Source: Thalassobaculaceae bacterium (lineage in GTDB: Bacteria; Pseudomonadota; Alphaproteobacteria; Thalassobaculales; Thalassobaculaceae). From it: a stretch of 64,000 nucleotides of DNA. Positions 1 through 9,446 of the stretch are shown piece by piece (position 1 is the first letter of the stretch; every line of letters starts with the position of its first letter). The translations under genes were made by a program, and so were the position numbers. The notes under the pieces were generated by a model that did no database searches, was not told the DNA's origin, and was given only the letters and a program-made list of their open reading frames with translations. Where the stretch lies: positions 4,384,616 to 4,448,615 of the forward strand of contig OZ245843.1 of assembly GCA_965228875.1 (NCBI GenBank), read 5' to 3'.

Positions 1-1
1 C

Positions 2-829
2 GATGCCGCCCGACGAGCAGTCGACGACATCGACTCCGCGCGACGCCAGGGCGCGCGCCAATGCGATGGAATCGTCCAGGGACCAGCCGTGCTCCGGCCC
101 GTCGATCGCCGAGATCCGGCAGAACAGCGGCAGATCGTCCGGCCAGGCGGCCCGCACCGCTTCCGCGACTTCCAGGAGGAAGCGCATGCGCCCGCTGCGA
201 TCGCCGCCGTAGCCGTCGTTGCGCTGGTTCGTCAGAGGCGAGAGAAAGCTGTGCAGCAGGTATCCGTGGGCGGCATGGATCTCGGCCACCTTGAAACCGG
301 CGGCAAGCGACCGGCGAGCGGCGCCCGCGAAGGCCTCGACCAGGGTGGCGATCTCCGACGCCGACAGCGGATGCGGGGTCGGCCATCCGTCACCGACCGG
401 CAGGGCCGATGGACCGACCGTCTGCCAGGGTTCCTTGCCCAGGTCCGGATTGTCGCCGTCCAACGGCTTGCCGCCGGTCCAGGGTTCGCGGACGGACGCC
501 TTCCTGCCCGCATGGGCGAGTTGGACGGCCGGAACGGCTCCGGTCTCGGAGATGAGGTGCGCGATCGGTGCATAGGCATCGGCCTGCGCATCGGTCCACA
601 GGCCGCAGCAGCCGTGGGTGATGCGGCCTTCCGGCGCCACCGCCGTCGCTTCGGTGAAGACCAGTCCGGTCCCGCCGCGCGCAAAGGTGCTCAGATGCGA
701 GAGGTGCCAGTCGTTCGCCAGGCCATCCTTTGCCGAGTACATGCACAGCGGCGACAGGACCACCCGGTTGGGCAGGGTCAGGCCACGAAGCTGCAGTGGC
801 TGGAAGAGCAGGGGGGTGTCGGTTGTCAT
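2..829 (-). CDS. NADH:flavin oxidoreductase / Old Yellow Enzyme family (YqjM/XenA-like), 3' end runs off the window
   Basis: Read by hand from ATG at 829 (not in the ORF track): MTTDTPLLFQPLQLRGLTLPNRVVLSPLCMYSAKDGLANDWHLSHL...GLVFTEATAVAPEGRIT, the classic OYE N-terminus. Confidence 0.9.
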   Translation of the reverse strand, partial: MTTDTPLLFQPLQLRGLTLPNRVVLSPLCMYSAKDGLANDWHLSHLSTFARGGTGLVFTEATAVAPEGRITHGCCGLWTDAQADAYAPIAHLISETGAVPAVQLAHAGRKASVREPWTGGKPLDGDNPDLGKEPWQTVGPSALPVGDGWPTPHPLSASEIATLVEAFAGAARRSLAAGFKVAEIHAAHGYLLHSFLSPLTNQRNDGYGGDRSGRMRFLLEVAEAVRAAWPDDLPLFCRISAIDGPEHGWSLDDSIALARALASRGVDVVDCSSGGI

Positions 830-872
830 CGCGTTTCCTCGGTCTGGTGCGCCGCCGGTTTCGACTCGACGG

Positions 873-1946
873 CTACCCGCCCCAGGTGCGCTCCAGTACC
901 CGCGCCCAGTTGCCCCAGCACAGCTTTTCCATCAGCGCGTCGTCGATGCCGTGGTCGCGCATCGCCTGGCGCAGGGTTGGCAGGCCGGCGACGTCGCCGA
1001 TGTCGCCGGGGATGGTGGCGCCGTCGAAATCGGAGCCGAAGCCGACCCGGTCCTCGCCGGCATGCTCGATCAGGTGGTCGAGATGGCGCATCATCACGTC
1101 GAGCCCGGTCTGGGCGTTCATCTGACCGTCCGAGCGCAGGAAGCAGGTCGCGAAGTTGATGCCGACCATGCCGTCGCTCTCGCGGATCGCGGCGAGCTGT
1201 CTGTCCGTGAGGTTGCGGGTGCTGGCGCTGAGCGCGTGGGCGTTGGAGTGGGTGGCGACCAGCGGCGCGTCGCTGATCTCCGCGACGTCCCAGAACCCGG
1301 CCTCGTTCAGGTGCGACAGGTCGATCATCACGCCCATGTCGTTGCAGCGCCTGACCAGTTCCCTGCCGAGGTCGGTCAGGCCGGGCCCGGTGTCGGGCGA
1401 GCCCGGGAATTTGAAGGGCACGCCGTGCGCGAACGCGGTCGGGCGGCTCCAGACCGGGCCGATGGAGCGCAGGCCGGCCTGATACAGCAGCTCCAGCGAG
1501 CGGAACTCGGGGTCGATGACCTCGGCCCCCTCGATATGCAGGACGGCGGCGACCGACCCGCGTGCGATGGCGTCGCGGATGTCGGCGGCGGTTCGGCAGA
1601 CGGTGAACGCACCTTCGCTCTCCTTCTCGATGCGGAACAGCAGCCCCATCATCTCCAGCGCGATCGGCTGGGCGTAGCCGATGTCGAGTTCCTTCGGCAG
1701 CGGCAGGTCGTAGCTTTCGCCCTGCATGGCGTCGGACAGACCGCCGATGCTCTCGCCGGCCGGCGACGGCACAAAGACGGCGAAGAACCCGCCACCGAAC
1801 CCGCCCTTCAACATCCGGGGCAGGTCGAGATGCCCCTTGCCGTCGCCCTCGACGAACTGCGTCGCGGCGTCGGCCTTGTGCTTCTTGTACAGCCGCAGCA
1901 GGACGTCGTTATGACCGTCGAAGATGGGAGGAGTGAGGGAGGTCAT
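873..1946 (-). CDS. Membrane/renal dipeptidase family (peptidase M19)
   Basis: Motifs DGHND, LHIEG, IDLSH, ATHSN, GSDFDG. Confidence 0.93.
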   Translation of the reverse strand: MTSLTPPIFDGHNDVLLRLYKKHKADAATQFVEGDGKGHLDLPRMLKGGFGGGFFAVFVPSPAGESIGGLSDAMQGESYDLPLPKELDIGYAQPIALEMMGLLFRIEKESEGAFTVCRTAADIRDAIARGSVAAVLHIEGAEVIDPEFRSLELLYQAGLRSIGPVWSRPTAFAHGVPFKFPGSPDTGPGLTDLGRELVRRCNDMGVMIDLSHLNEAGFWDVAEISDAPLVATHSNAHALSASTRNLTDRQLAAIRESDGMVGINFATCFLRSDGQMNAQTGLDVMMRHLDHLIEHAGEDRVGFGSDFDGATIPGDIGDVAGLPTLRQAMRDHGIDDALMEKLCWGNWARVLERTWGG

Positions 1947-2016
1947 GACGCGCCGCCTGAGCCGGTGAAGGATGGTCGAGCCTAGCAGCAGGCGGGCGGC
2001 GCTGACGAGGCGGCTT

Positions 2017-2712
2017 CTATCCCGGATGCGGCCAGACGCCGGCGTAGTAGGGGTGCGCCCCGTACAGCGCGATCCAGACCAGCAGGCCGAGGCCGGGGCG
2101 CCACCAGCCGATTCCGGCGAGGTCGAGACGGGTGCGGCCCTGGACGACGGCCAGGAACGGCAGGATGGAGGTGGTCATCGCCACGGGTCCCCAGGCGCTG
2201 TCGACCCGGCGGCGCAGCTTGGCGTCGAGCGCCGGCATCCCGGCGAAGGACAGCACCGCCATGCCACCGAACAGCAGGATCGAGGCGAGGTCGCCGTTGG
2301 CCGCCAAATGGCCGAGCGCCCACAAACCCGTGCCCCACAGGAACGGGTGGCGGGTGACCGTCAGAATACCCTTGAAGGTGGTCGGTTCCGCCAGCATCGC
2401 CTCGCCGCCGACCGAGGTCGGACTACGGGTGGTGATGCCGGCCACCAGCAGCACGCAGGCGATCGGCATGAGCACGTTCGGGACCCATCCGGTCATCGGC
2501 CCCGGAAGCCACACCTCGATATAGGGGGCCGCCCGGAACGCCAGGATCAGCCAGACCAGGGCGACCAGCATGACCAGGGAATAGAGGCCCCGGAACTTCT
2601 CCTCGCCGATCGCCGCGACGACCCGGTCTCGGATCGGGGACGAGGCGAGAATGAAGTGTCCCCCGGTGAACGCCAGCGCGCCGATGATCACCGCGTCGAT
2701 CGTGCCCAGCAT
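2017..2712 (-). CDS. NnrU family membrane protein
   Basis: Start trimmed to MLGTIDAV; TRHPFLWG...LWALGHLAANGD...LLFG and TSILPF motifs; multiple TM helices. Confidence 0.85.
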   Translation of the reverse strand: MLGTIDAVIIGALAFTGGHFILASSPIRDRVVAAIGEEKFRGLYSLVMLVALVWLILAFRAAPYIEVWLPGPMTGWVPNVLMPIACVLLVAGITTRSPTSVGGEAMLAEPTTFKGILTVTRHPFLWGTGLWALGHLAANGDLASILLFGGMAVLSFAGMPALDAKLRRRVDSAWGPVAMTTSILPFLAVVQGRTRLDLAGIGWWRPGLGLLVWIALYGAHPYYAGVWPHPG

Positions 2713-2751
2713 TCCTCTGGTCCTTCCCGCCTGTCGGACTATGCTGGCTAT

Positions 2752-3054
2752 ATGGCAATGGACACAGATGACGCAACTGTCGCGCGCCTTCAGGCGGTAA
2801 TCGTGGAACGCTGCCGGGCTGCGGGGGCCGGCAAGTCGATCAGCCCGGACGAGGTGGCCCGGGCGGCCGGGGGCGACCCGAACGACACACCCGCCTGGCG
2901 CCCGCTGCTGCGCGCTGTGCGCGGGGCGGCGGCTGGCCTTCAGGATCGGGGGGAGATCCGGGTGCTGCGCAAGGGCAAGCCGGTGGATATCCGCAGGGTC
3001 AAGGGTGTCATTCGCTTCGCCCTGCCCGAGGAGTCCCCACCGGAACCGTCCTGA
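2752..3054 (+). CDS. DUF3253 family small winged-helix protein
   Basis: C-terminal part of ORF 1972..3054: SISPDEVAR...WRPLLRAVR...LRKGKPVD...KGVIRF. Confidence 0.8.
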   Translation: MAMDTDDATVARLQAVIVERCRAAGAGKSISPDEVARAAGGDPNDTPAWRPLLRAVRGAAAGLQDRGEIRVLRKGKPVDIRRVKGVIRFALPEESPPEPS

Positions 3055-3080
3055 CCGGTGCGGGCCAAGATCGGGTTTTC

Positions 3081-3094
3081 TTGATCTGGCGCAA
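3081..3094. promoter_or_regulatory. Candidate FNR/NnrR-type binding site
   Basis: TTGAT-CTGG-CGCAA centred about 40.5 nt upstream of ATG 3128, with TAGACT at 3116-3121. Confidence 0.4.
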
Positions 3095-3127
3095 AGCCCG
3101 CGCCCGCATCGCGCGTAGACTGCAGCG

Positions 3128-4354
3128 ATGACCGAGCGTACCGAACTCGCCCGTCGCCTGGGACCCGGACTGCTGACCCTGTACGGGGTCGGAACCACCA
3201 TCGGGGCCGGCATCTACGTGCTGATCGGTGAGGTGGCGGCGCTGGCGGACGTGTGGACGCCCTACGCGTTCCTGCTCGCCTCGCTGCTGGCCGGGGCGAC
3301 GGCGCTGTCCTTCACCGAACTGTCCGCCCGCCTGCCGAAGAGCGCGGGCGAGGCGCTCTATGTCCGTCAGGCCTTCGCCTCCGACCGTCTTTCGCTGCTG
3401 GTCGGGCTGATGGTCACCGCCGCCGGGATCATCTCCGCGGCCAGCGTCGTGGTCGGCGGGGTCGGCTATGTCCGTACCCTGATCGACGTGCCGGCGGCGC
3501 CGGCGGTGGTCGTGCTGTGCCTGTCGCTGGGCGGCCTTGCGATCTGGGGCATCGCCGAGTCGACGACGGCGGCGGCGGTTCTGACCCTGGTGGAGATCGC
3601 GGGCCTCGCCCTGGTGGTGGTCACCGGGATCGCCTCGGGCGGCGACGGCGGTCTGCCGGTGCGCGAGATCCTGCTGCCGCAGGCGCCGTTCCCGGTGGTC
3701 GGCGTGTTCGCCGGGGCGGTCCTCGCATTCTACGCCTTCATCGGTTTCGAGGACATCGTGAACGTCGCCGAGGAGGTCAAGAACCCGACCTTCACCATGC
3801 CCTTCGCCATTGTGGCCACGCTTCTCATCGCCGGCGGGCTGTACCTGGCGGTGTCGGTGACGGCCCTGGCGGTTCTGCCGATGGTCGAACTCGCCGGGTC
3901 GGAGGCGCCGCTGGCCCTGGTCTATGCCGCCGGCGGCGGCGACGCGCGTCTGCTCGGCGGCATCGCGGTGCTGGCGACCGTCAACGGCGTTCTGGTGCAG
4001 ATGGTGATGGGCTCTCGGGTGCTTTTCGGTCTGTCGCGCCAGGGCTCGCTTCCCGCGTTCCTCGGCCGGGTCAACCCGGCGACACGCACGCCGGTGGTGG
4101 CCACGGTCCTGGTCGTCCTCACCGTCCTGACCCTGGCCCTGACGTTTCCCATCGCCACCCTGGCCGGCACCACGTCGCTGGTCACCCTGGCGGTGTTCAC
4201 GATCTGCAATCTGGCGCTGTGGCGGCTGAAGCGGCGCGGGCCGGCGCCGGCCGGCGCGCCGAACCTGCCGCTCTGGCTGCCGGTGCTGGGAGCGGCCGTG
4301 AGCCTGGCGGTGCTCGTCGTCGAGATCCTGCGGCGGATCGCGACCGCGGTGTAA
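3128..4354 (+). CDS. APC family amino acid permease
   Basis: GTTIGAGIY and FYAFIGFEDIVNVAEEVKNP motifs; about 12 TM helices. Confidence 0.92.
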   Translation: MTERTELARRLGPGLLTLYGVGTTIGAGIYVLIGEVAALADVWTPYAFLLASLLAGATALSFTELSARLPKSAGEALYVRQAFASDRLSLLVGLMVTAAGIISAASVVVGGVGYVRTLIDVPAAPAVVVLCLSLGGLAIWGIAESTTAAAVLTLVEIAGLALVVVTGIASGGDGGLPVREILLPQAPFPVVGVFAGAVLAFYAFIGFEDIVNVAEEVKNPTFTMPFAIVATLLIAGGLYLAVSVTALAVLPMVELAGSEAPLALVYAAGGGDARLLGGIAVLATVNGVLVQMVMGSRVLFGLSRQGSLPAFLGRVNPATRTPVVATVLVVLTVLTLALTFPIATLAGTTSLVTLAVFTICNLALWRLKRRGPAPAGAPNLPLWLPVLGAAVSLAVLVVEILRRIATAV

Positions 4355-4370
4355 GCGCGCGGGGAGAGAA

Positions 4371-5519
4371 CTACGCCGGGCTGCGGGCCACCAGCTGCCT
4401 AGCGATGATGATCCGCTGCAACTCGTTGGTCCCCTCGCCGATCGCCAGCAGTGGCGCGTCGCGGTAGTAGCGCTCGATGTTGAACTCCTTGGAGTAGCCG
4501 TAGGCGCCGTGCAGGCGCATCGCCTCGAGGGAGTTGTGGACGGCGGCCTCGGTGGCGAACAGCTTGGCCATGCCGGCCTCCAGGTCGCAGCGCTCGCCCC
4601 GGTCGTAGGCCTTGGCGGCCTGCTCGACCAGCAGCCGGGCCGCCTCGGCCTGGGTCGCCATGTCGGCCAGCTTGAACTGGATCGCCTGGTGTTCGGCGAT
4701 CGGCTTGCCGAAGGTCCGGCGTTGCTGGGCGTAGCGCACGCTCTCCTCCAGACAGGCCCGCGCGATGCCGACGCCGCGCGCCGCCACGTTGATCCGGCCC
4801 AGTTCCAGCCCGCCGAGGATCTGCTGCAGCCCGCGTCCCTCCTCGGCCCCGACCAGGTTGTCGGCCGGCACGAAGCAGTCGTCATAGACCAGCTCGCCGG
4901 AATCGATGCCCTTGTAGCCGAGCTTCTCCAGCTTGGAGACCGACACGCCCTCGCCCTTCTCGATCAGCATCAGGGACATTCCCCTGTGGCGCGGTTCGGC
5001 CTGGGGGTCGGTCTTGACCAGGACGGCCAGCACGTGGCCCTGCACCGAGTTCGAGATCCAGGTCTTGGTGCCGTTCACCCGGTAGCCGTTGCCGTCCCGG
5101 CGCGCGCTGGTGCGGATGCCCTGCAGGTCGGTGCCGGCGTCCGGTTCGGTCAGGGCGATGCCGCCGCGCAGCTCTCCGCTGGCGAATTTCGGCAGCCATT
5201 TACGCTTCTGGTCCTCGGTGCCGGCGCGCTCCACCGCCTGGGCCATGATCAGGTGGCTGTTGAAGATGCCGGAGACTGACATCCACACCGCCGACACCCG
5301 CTCGACGATCTTGGAGTAGGTCGCCGCCGACAGGCCGAGCCCGCCGTACTCCTCGCCGATGGTGGCGCCGAACAGGCCGAGCTCCTTCATCTTCTCGACG
5401 ATCTCGGCGGGCCACTCGTCGCGCGCCTCCAGGTCGTGGGCGACCGGCCGCACGTCGCGCTCCAGGAACCGGTCCACCGCGTCGAGGATCAGGGTCTCCT
5501 GCTCATTCATGTCCGACAT
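4371..5519 (-). CDS. Acyl-CoA dehydrogenase
   Basis: ALTEPDAGTD, NGTKTWISN, YAQQRRTFGKPI, IGEGTNE. Confidence 0.95.
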   Translation of the reverse strand: MSDMNEQETLILDAVDRFLERDVRPVAHDLEARDEWPAEIVEKMKELGLFGATIGEEYGGLGLSAATYSKIVERVSAVWMSVSGIFNSHLIMAQAVERAGTEDQKRKWLPKFASGELRGGIALTEPDAGTDLQGIRTSARRDGNGYRVNGTKTWISNSVQGHVLAVLVKTDPQAEPRHRGMSLMLIEKGEGVSVSKLEKLGYKGIDSGELVYDDCFVPADNLVGAEEGRGLQQILGGLELGRINVAARGVGIARACLEESVRYAQQRRTFGKPIAEHQAIQFKLADMATQAEAARLLVEQAAKAYDRGERCDLEAGMAKLFATEAAVHNSLEAMRLHGAYGYSKEFNIERYYRDAPLLAIGEGTNELQRIIIARQLVARSPA

Positions 5520-5520
5520 G

Positions 5521-5991
5521 TCAGTCCTGTGGGCGTTTGGGCACCAGGATGGTGCGTTCGTAGGTCATCACCACCGTGCCGTCCTGCTTGCGGCCGGTGG
5601 TGGAGAAGCGGACGATCCCCTGGTGCGGCCGTGACTTCGAGGCCCGCGTCTCCAGGATCTCCGAGGAGGCGTAGAGCGTGTCGCCGACAAAGACCGGCGC
5701 CGGCATTTTGATGTCGGTCCAGCCGAGATTGGCGATTGCGCGCTGGGAGGTGTCGCGCACCGTCATGCCGGTGACGATCGACAGGGTCAGGCACGAGTTC
5801 ACAAGCGGCCGGCCGAATTCCGTGCCGGCGGCGTACTCGGTGTCGAAATGCACCGGGTGGGTGTTCATCGTCAGCAGGGTGAACCAGGTGTTGTCCGCCT
5901 CGTTGATCGTGCGGCCGGGCCAGTGCTCGAGGACGTCGCCGACGGCGAAGTCCTCGAAGTACCGGCCCTGATCCGGTGCCGCTCCGCTCAT
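5521..5991 (-). CDS. MaoC family (R-specific) dehydratase/hydratase
   Basis: GRYFEDF...GRTINEADN...NTHPVHFD...PVFVGDTL hotdog motifs. Confidence 0.92.
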   Translation of the reverse strand: MSGAAPDQGRYFEDFAVGDVLEHWPGRTINEADNTWFTLLTMNTHPVHFDTEYAAGTEFGRPLVNSCLTLSIVTGMTVRDTSQRAIANLGWTDIKMPAPVFVGDTLYASSEILETRASKSRPHQGIVRFSTTGRKQDGTVVMTYERTILVPKRPQD

Positions 5992-7412
5992 TCCTCGCCT
6001 GCCGCGCGGATGGGCTGCGGAACCGGTCGGGCGAGATCGAGCACGGCGGGGATCGAGTCCTGACGATCCAGAGACAACAGCGCGTCGGCTAAGGTCGCGG
6101 CACGCTGCGGCGCCAGGCAGGGGCCGGTCAGGGCGTCGAACTTGGCGCGGTGCTCGTCATCCGTCGGCCAGTTCTCCGGCTCGCCCTTCGGGATTTCGAC
6201 GAAGGCTTCGAACGTGCCCCGCGTGGTGTCGATGGTGGCCCGCCCGGCCATGTTCGCCGGGAAGGCGGCCTCGCATTCCTCGTCCAGGTGGCAGGTGACC
6301 TTGGCCGTCAGCGCCAGGGTCTCGGGGTCGTGCAGATGGGTCTTGTAGTCGTCCCAGCCGAACCCGCCCTGGCGCAGGGCGGCGGCGGCGAGAAACGGCA
6401 TCGAGAACTGCCCGTCGACCACCGAGGTGGGATTGTGTTTGGTCGAGATCGGTTCGCCGATGATGGCCATGCCGTTGACCGGCAGTCCGATGCGGATGGC
6501 TTTCACCTCCGCGGCCTCGATCCCGTGCTCGGCGGCGAGCGCCATGACCGCGTCCATCGGCGCGTGGCTGTAGCGGCAGGACGGATAGGGTTTCACCGCG
6601 ATGTTCAGCGTCTGCCAGACCTCACCGAGGCCGGCGACCGCCTTGGCCGGGTCGGCGTTCGGCGCGTAGGCGTTGAGGAAGCCGCGCCGGCCCTCGATGC
6701 CGCGGGCCGGGGCCTTGAACCCCTCGGCCGCGAGCCGGGCCGCGACGAGACCGTTCTGCGCCGCCCAGCCCACCTGGAACGGCTTGGTCCACGAGCCCTC
6801 GGCCAGGAATTCGAGGCTGCCGGCCGCCTGGCTGAGAGCGACGCCGAAGGCGGCGGCGACGCGTTCGCCCGACAGGCCGAGGCAGCGCCCGGCCGCGGCC
6901 GCCGCGCCGAATGCGCCGCAGGTGGCGGTCGGGTGATAGCCGCGGTCGTAGTGCTCGGTCGGATTGAGGGCGAGGGACAGGCGGATCTGCACCTCGTAGC
7001 CGGCGATGATGGCGGCCAGCACCGTCGCGCCGTCGCAGCCGGAGATCTCGGCGGCGGCCAGGGCGGCCGGGACGATGGGGGCGGAGGGGTGGATCGAGCC
7101 GCCGGCATGGGTGTCGTCGAAATCGAGACTGTGGGCCAGCGCGCCGTTCAGCCAGGCCGCTCCGGGCGGGGTCCATCCGTCGGGGTCGCCGATCACCCGG
7201 GCCGAGCCGTTGGCGTATCCGAGGGCGCGGGCGGCGGCGATGAGGCTCGGCGTCGAGTCGGCCTCGTGGCGGGCGCGCAGGGCGATGCCGACGGTGTCCA
7301 GCACCAGTGTGCGGGCCCGGGCCGCGACGGCGTCGGGGATGTCGGCGCGACTGAGTCCGGCGGCGAACTCGGCGAGCGTGCGGGTGACGTCCGGCGTGGC
7401 GGATGCGGTCAT
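5988..7412 (-). CDS. MmgE/PrpD family protein
   Basis: HSLDFDDTH...HPSAP, KPYPSCRYSH, QFSMPF, PKGEPEN. Confidence 0.93.
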   Translation of the reverse strand: MTASATPDVTRTLAEFAAGLSRADIPDAVAARARTLVLDTVGIALRARHEADSTPSLIAAARALGYANGSARVIGDPDGWTPPGAAWLNGALAHSLDFDDTHAGGSIHPSAPIVPAALAAAEISGCDGATVLAAIIAGYEVQIRLSLALNPTEHYDRGYHPTATCGAFGAAAAAGRCLGLSGERVAAAFGVALSQAAGSLEFLAEGSWTKPFQVGWAAQNGLVAARLAAEGFKAPARGIEGRRGFLNAYAPNADPAKAVAGLGEVWQTLNIAVKPYPSCRYSHAPMDAVMALAAEHGIEAAEVKAIRIGLPVNGMAIIGEPISTKHNPTSVVDGQFSMPFLAAAALRQGGFGWDDYKTHLHDPETLALTAKVTCHLDEECEAAFPANMAGRATIDTTRGTFEAFVEIPKGEPENWPTDDEHRAKFDALTGPCLAPQRAATLADALLSLDRQDSIPAVLDLARPVPQPIRAAGEE

Positions 7413-7481
7413 CGTCTCCTCCCGTGGAGCGCGTTTTTGTTGTCCGGAAGGGTAGGAGCCGGTCCGAAAGCCGTCAAACCG

Positions 7482-8525
7482 CTAACTGCGCAGGAACACC
7501 TGCCTGTAGACCTGCCCGGTGAAGGCGATCACCAGGAAGATCCGCACCACGTGGAACGCCACCACGATCGGCACGCCGAGGTGCAGGACCTTGGCGGTGA
7601 TGCTCATCTCCGCCATGCCGCCGGGGGAGATCGCCAGCGCCATGGTCGCCACCGGCAGGTCGAACATCAGGCCGATCGCGGCCCCGGTCGCCACGTTCAG
7701 ACCGACCAGGATCACCGTCGACAGGAAGGCCGGCGCCAGGAAGCGGCGCAGCGCCAGCACCCGGTCCCGCTGGTAGCGTAGGCCCAGCGTCGCGCCCATC
7801 ACCACCTGGGCGAGGTTGACCAGCTCGGTCGGCACACCGGACAGCACGTTGCCGGATACCGATACCGCGACCGCGACGATCATCGGCCCGAGGAACCAGG
7901 CGTTGGCGATCCGCCGGCGGGCGGCCACCCAGCCCAGCGCGGCGCAGCCGGTGACCAGGACCGCGAAGCCGAGCGGATCGAACGGCAGGACGACAAGCTC
8001 GAACGGGTCGACACCGGTCAGGCCGAGCAGCGTGACCACCGGCGGGATCGTCGTCACCACCAGCAGGATCCGCAGCGACTGGGCCAGCGATACCGAGGAG
8101 ACGTCGCCCTTGTAGCGCTCGGCCTGGACCGACATCTCGACCACGCCGCCGGGGACGCTGGAGAAGAAGGCGGTGGCCGGGTCGGTCTTCGCCGTGCGTC
8201 GCAGCGCAAGTCCGGCGACCACGCCGTAGCCGATGGACAGGATCGCCGCGCCGATCATGATCGGCAGAAATCCGGCGACGAAGGCGGCGACCTCGGGCGT
8301 GAAGGTCAGGCCGATGGCGCAGCCGAGGAAAACCTGGCCCGTCTGGCGGGCCCCGGGCGGTACGGCGAGGCGGCCGCCGGCGAGACCGACGGCGGCGACC
8401 GCGGCGAGGCTGCCGAGCAGCCAGGCCAGCGGCACGCCGAGCCGGGAGAACACGAGCCCCCCGGCGGCGCCGAGCGCCAGGGTGAGCAGCCACAGCCCGG
8501 CCTGCCTGGCGGAGGTCCCGCTCAC
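7482..8525 (-). CDS. AbrB family membrane protein (putative ammonia monooxygenase-like family)
   Basis: Duplicated PGGxxEM motifs (PGGVVEM, PGGMAEM); polytopic membrane protein. Confidence 0.87.
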   Translation of the reverse strand: MSGTSARQAGLWLLTLALGAAGGLVFSRLGVPLAWLLGSLAAVAAVGLAGGRLAVPPGARQTGQVFLGCAIGLTFTPEVAAFVAGFLPIMIGAAILSIGYGVVAGLALRRTAKTDPATAFFSSVPGGVVEMSVQAERYKGDVSSVSLAQSLRILLVVTTIPPVVTLLGLTGVDPFELVVLPFDPLGFAVLVTGCAALGWVAARRRIANAWFLGPMIVAVAVSVSGNVLSGVPTELVNLAQVVMGATLGLRYQRDRVLALRRFLAPAFLSTVILVGLNVATGAAIGLMFDLPVATMALAISPGGMAEMSITAKVLHLGVPIVVAFHVVRIFLVIAFTGQVYRQVFLRS

Positions 8526-8537
8526 GACCGGCCGGCC

Positions 8538-9314
8538 TTACAGGGCACGGGTGGCTCCGCCGTCCATGTCAATCACGCTGCCCTGGAGCAGGTCGCCGGC
8601 GTCGGAGACGGCGAAGACCGCGAGGTTGGCGATGTCCTCCGGCCGGCCGAGGCGCATCACCTTCCAGTTGGCCTCCATCTTCGCCAGGGCGGCGGCCTCG
8701 TCTATGCCCTCCTCGCGCATGAGGAACTCGACCCGCTGGCGGATCCGCGGGGTCAGCACCGGGCCCGGATGGATCGCGTTGACCCGCACGCCGTCGGTCA
8801 CGCCGCGATCCGCCATCGCCTTGGTGAAATTGGTCAGCGCCGAGTTGACCGAGCCGCCGATGGCGAAGTTCTTTTCCGACACCCGCGCGCCGACGCCGAT
8901 CACATTGACGATCCGCCCGCCGGACTCGACCAGATGCGGCCAGGCGGCGCGGGTCATGCGCACGGCACCATAGTACTTCAACGCGAAACCATCCTCGAAA
9001 TCGGCGTCGGTCAGGTCGAAGAAATCACCGTATTTCGTGGCGCCGGCGCTGTGGGCGACGATGTCCAGCTTGCCGAAGGCGGCAACGGCGGCAGCCACGA
9101 CGGCGGCGGCGGTGTCCGGCTGTTTCAGGTCGCCGGCAAACGTCTCGCATCGTCCCCCCGCGGCACGGATCCCGGCGGCTACGGCATCGAGCTTCTCCGG
9201 ACTGCGGGCGGTGACCAGCACCTCGGCTCCAGCGGCGGCGAAGCCTGTCGCGATGGCGGCGCCGATCCCCTGGCTGGCGCCGGTGACGATGGCGGACTTG
9301 CCGTCCAACCTCAT
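8538..9314 (-). CDS. Short-chain dehydrogenase/reductase
   Basis: TGASQGIG Rossmann motif, VRVNAIHPG, DGG; the YxxxK position reads atypically (GGSVNSAL). Confidence 0.92.
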   Translation of the reverse strand: MRLDGKSAIVTGASQGIGAAIATGFAAAGAEVLVTARSPEKLDAVAAGIRAAGGRCETFAGDLKQPDTAAAVVAAAVAAFGKLDIVAHSAGATKYGDFFDLTDADFEDGFALKYYGAVRMTRAAWPHLVESGGRIVNVIGVGARVSEKNFAIGGSVNSALTNFTKAMADRGVTDGVRVNAIHPGPVLTPRIRQRVEFLMREEGIDEAAALAKMEANWKVMRLGRPEDIANLAVFAVSDAGDLLQGSVIDMDGGATRAL

Positions 9315-9446
9315 GACAATCCTCCGCTGTGGTGATTTAATCGAAACAATAAGCGCTCAACGATCCGCATTACCACCCGGATCGGCCCGTACACCGCGCA
9401 AAAAACCAGGAGCGCCCCGCAAGGGAGCCCCCGAGGAGAGGAAGAC

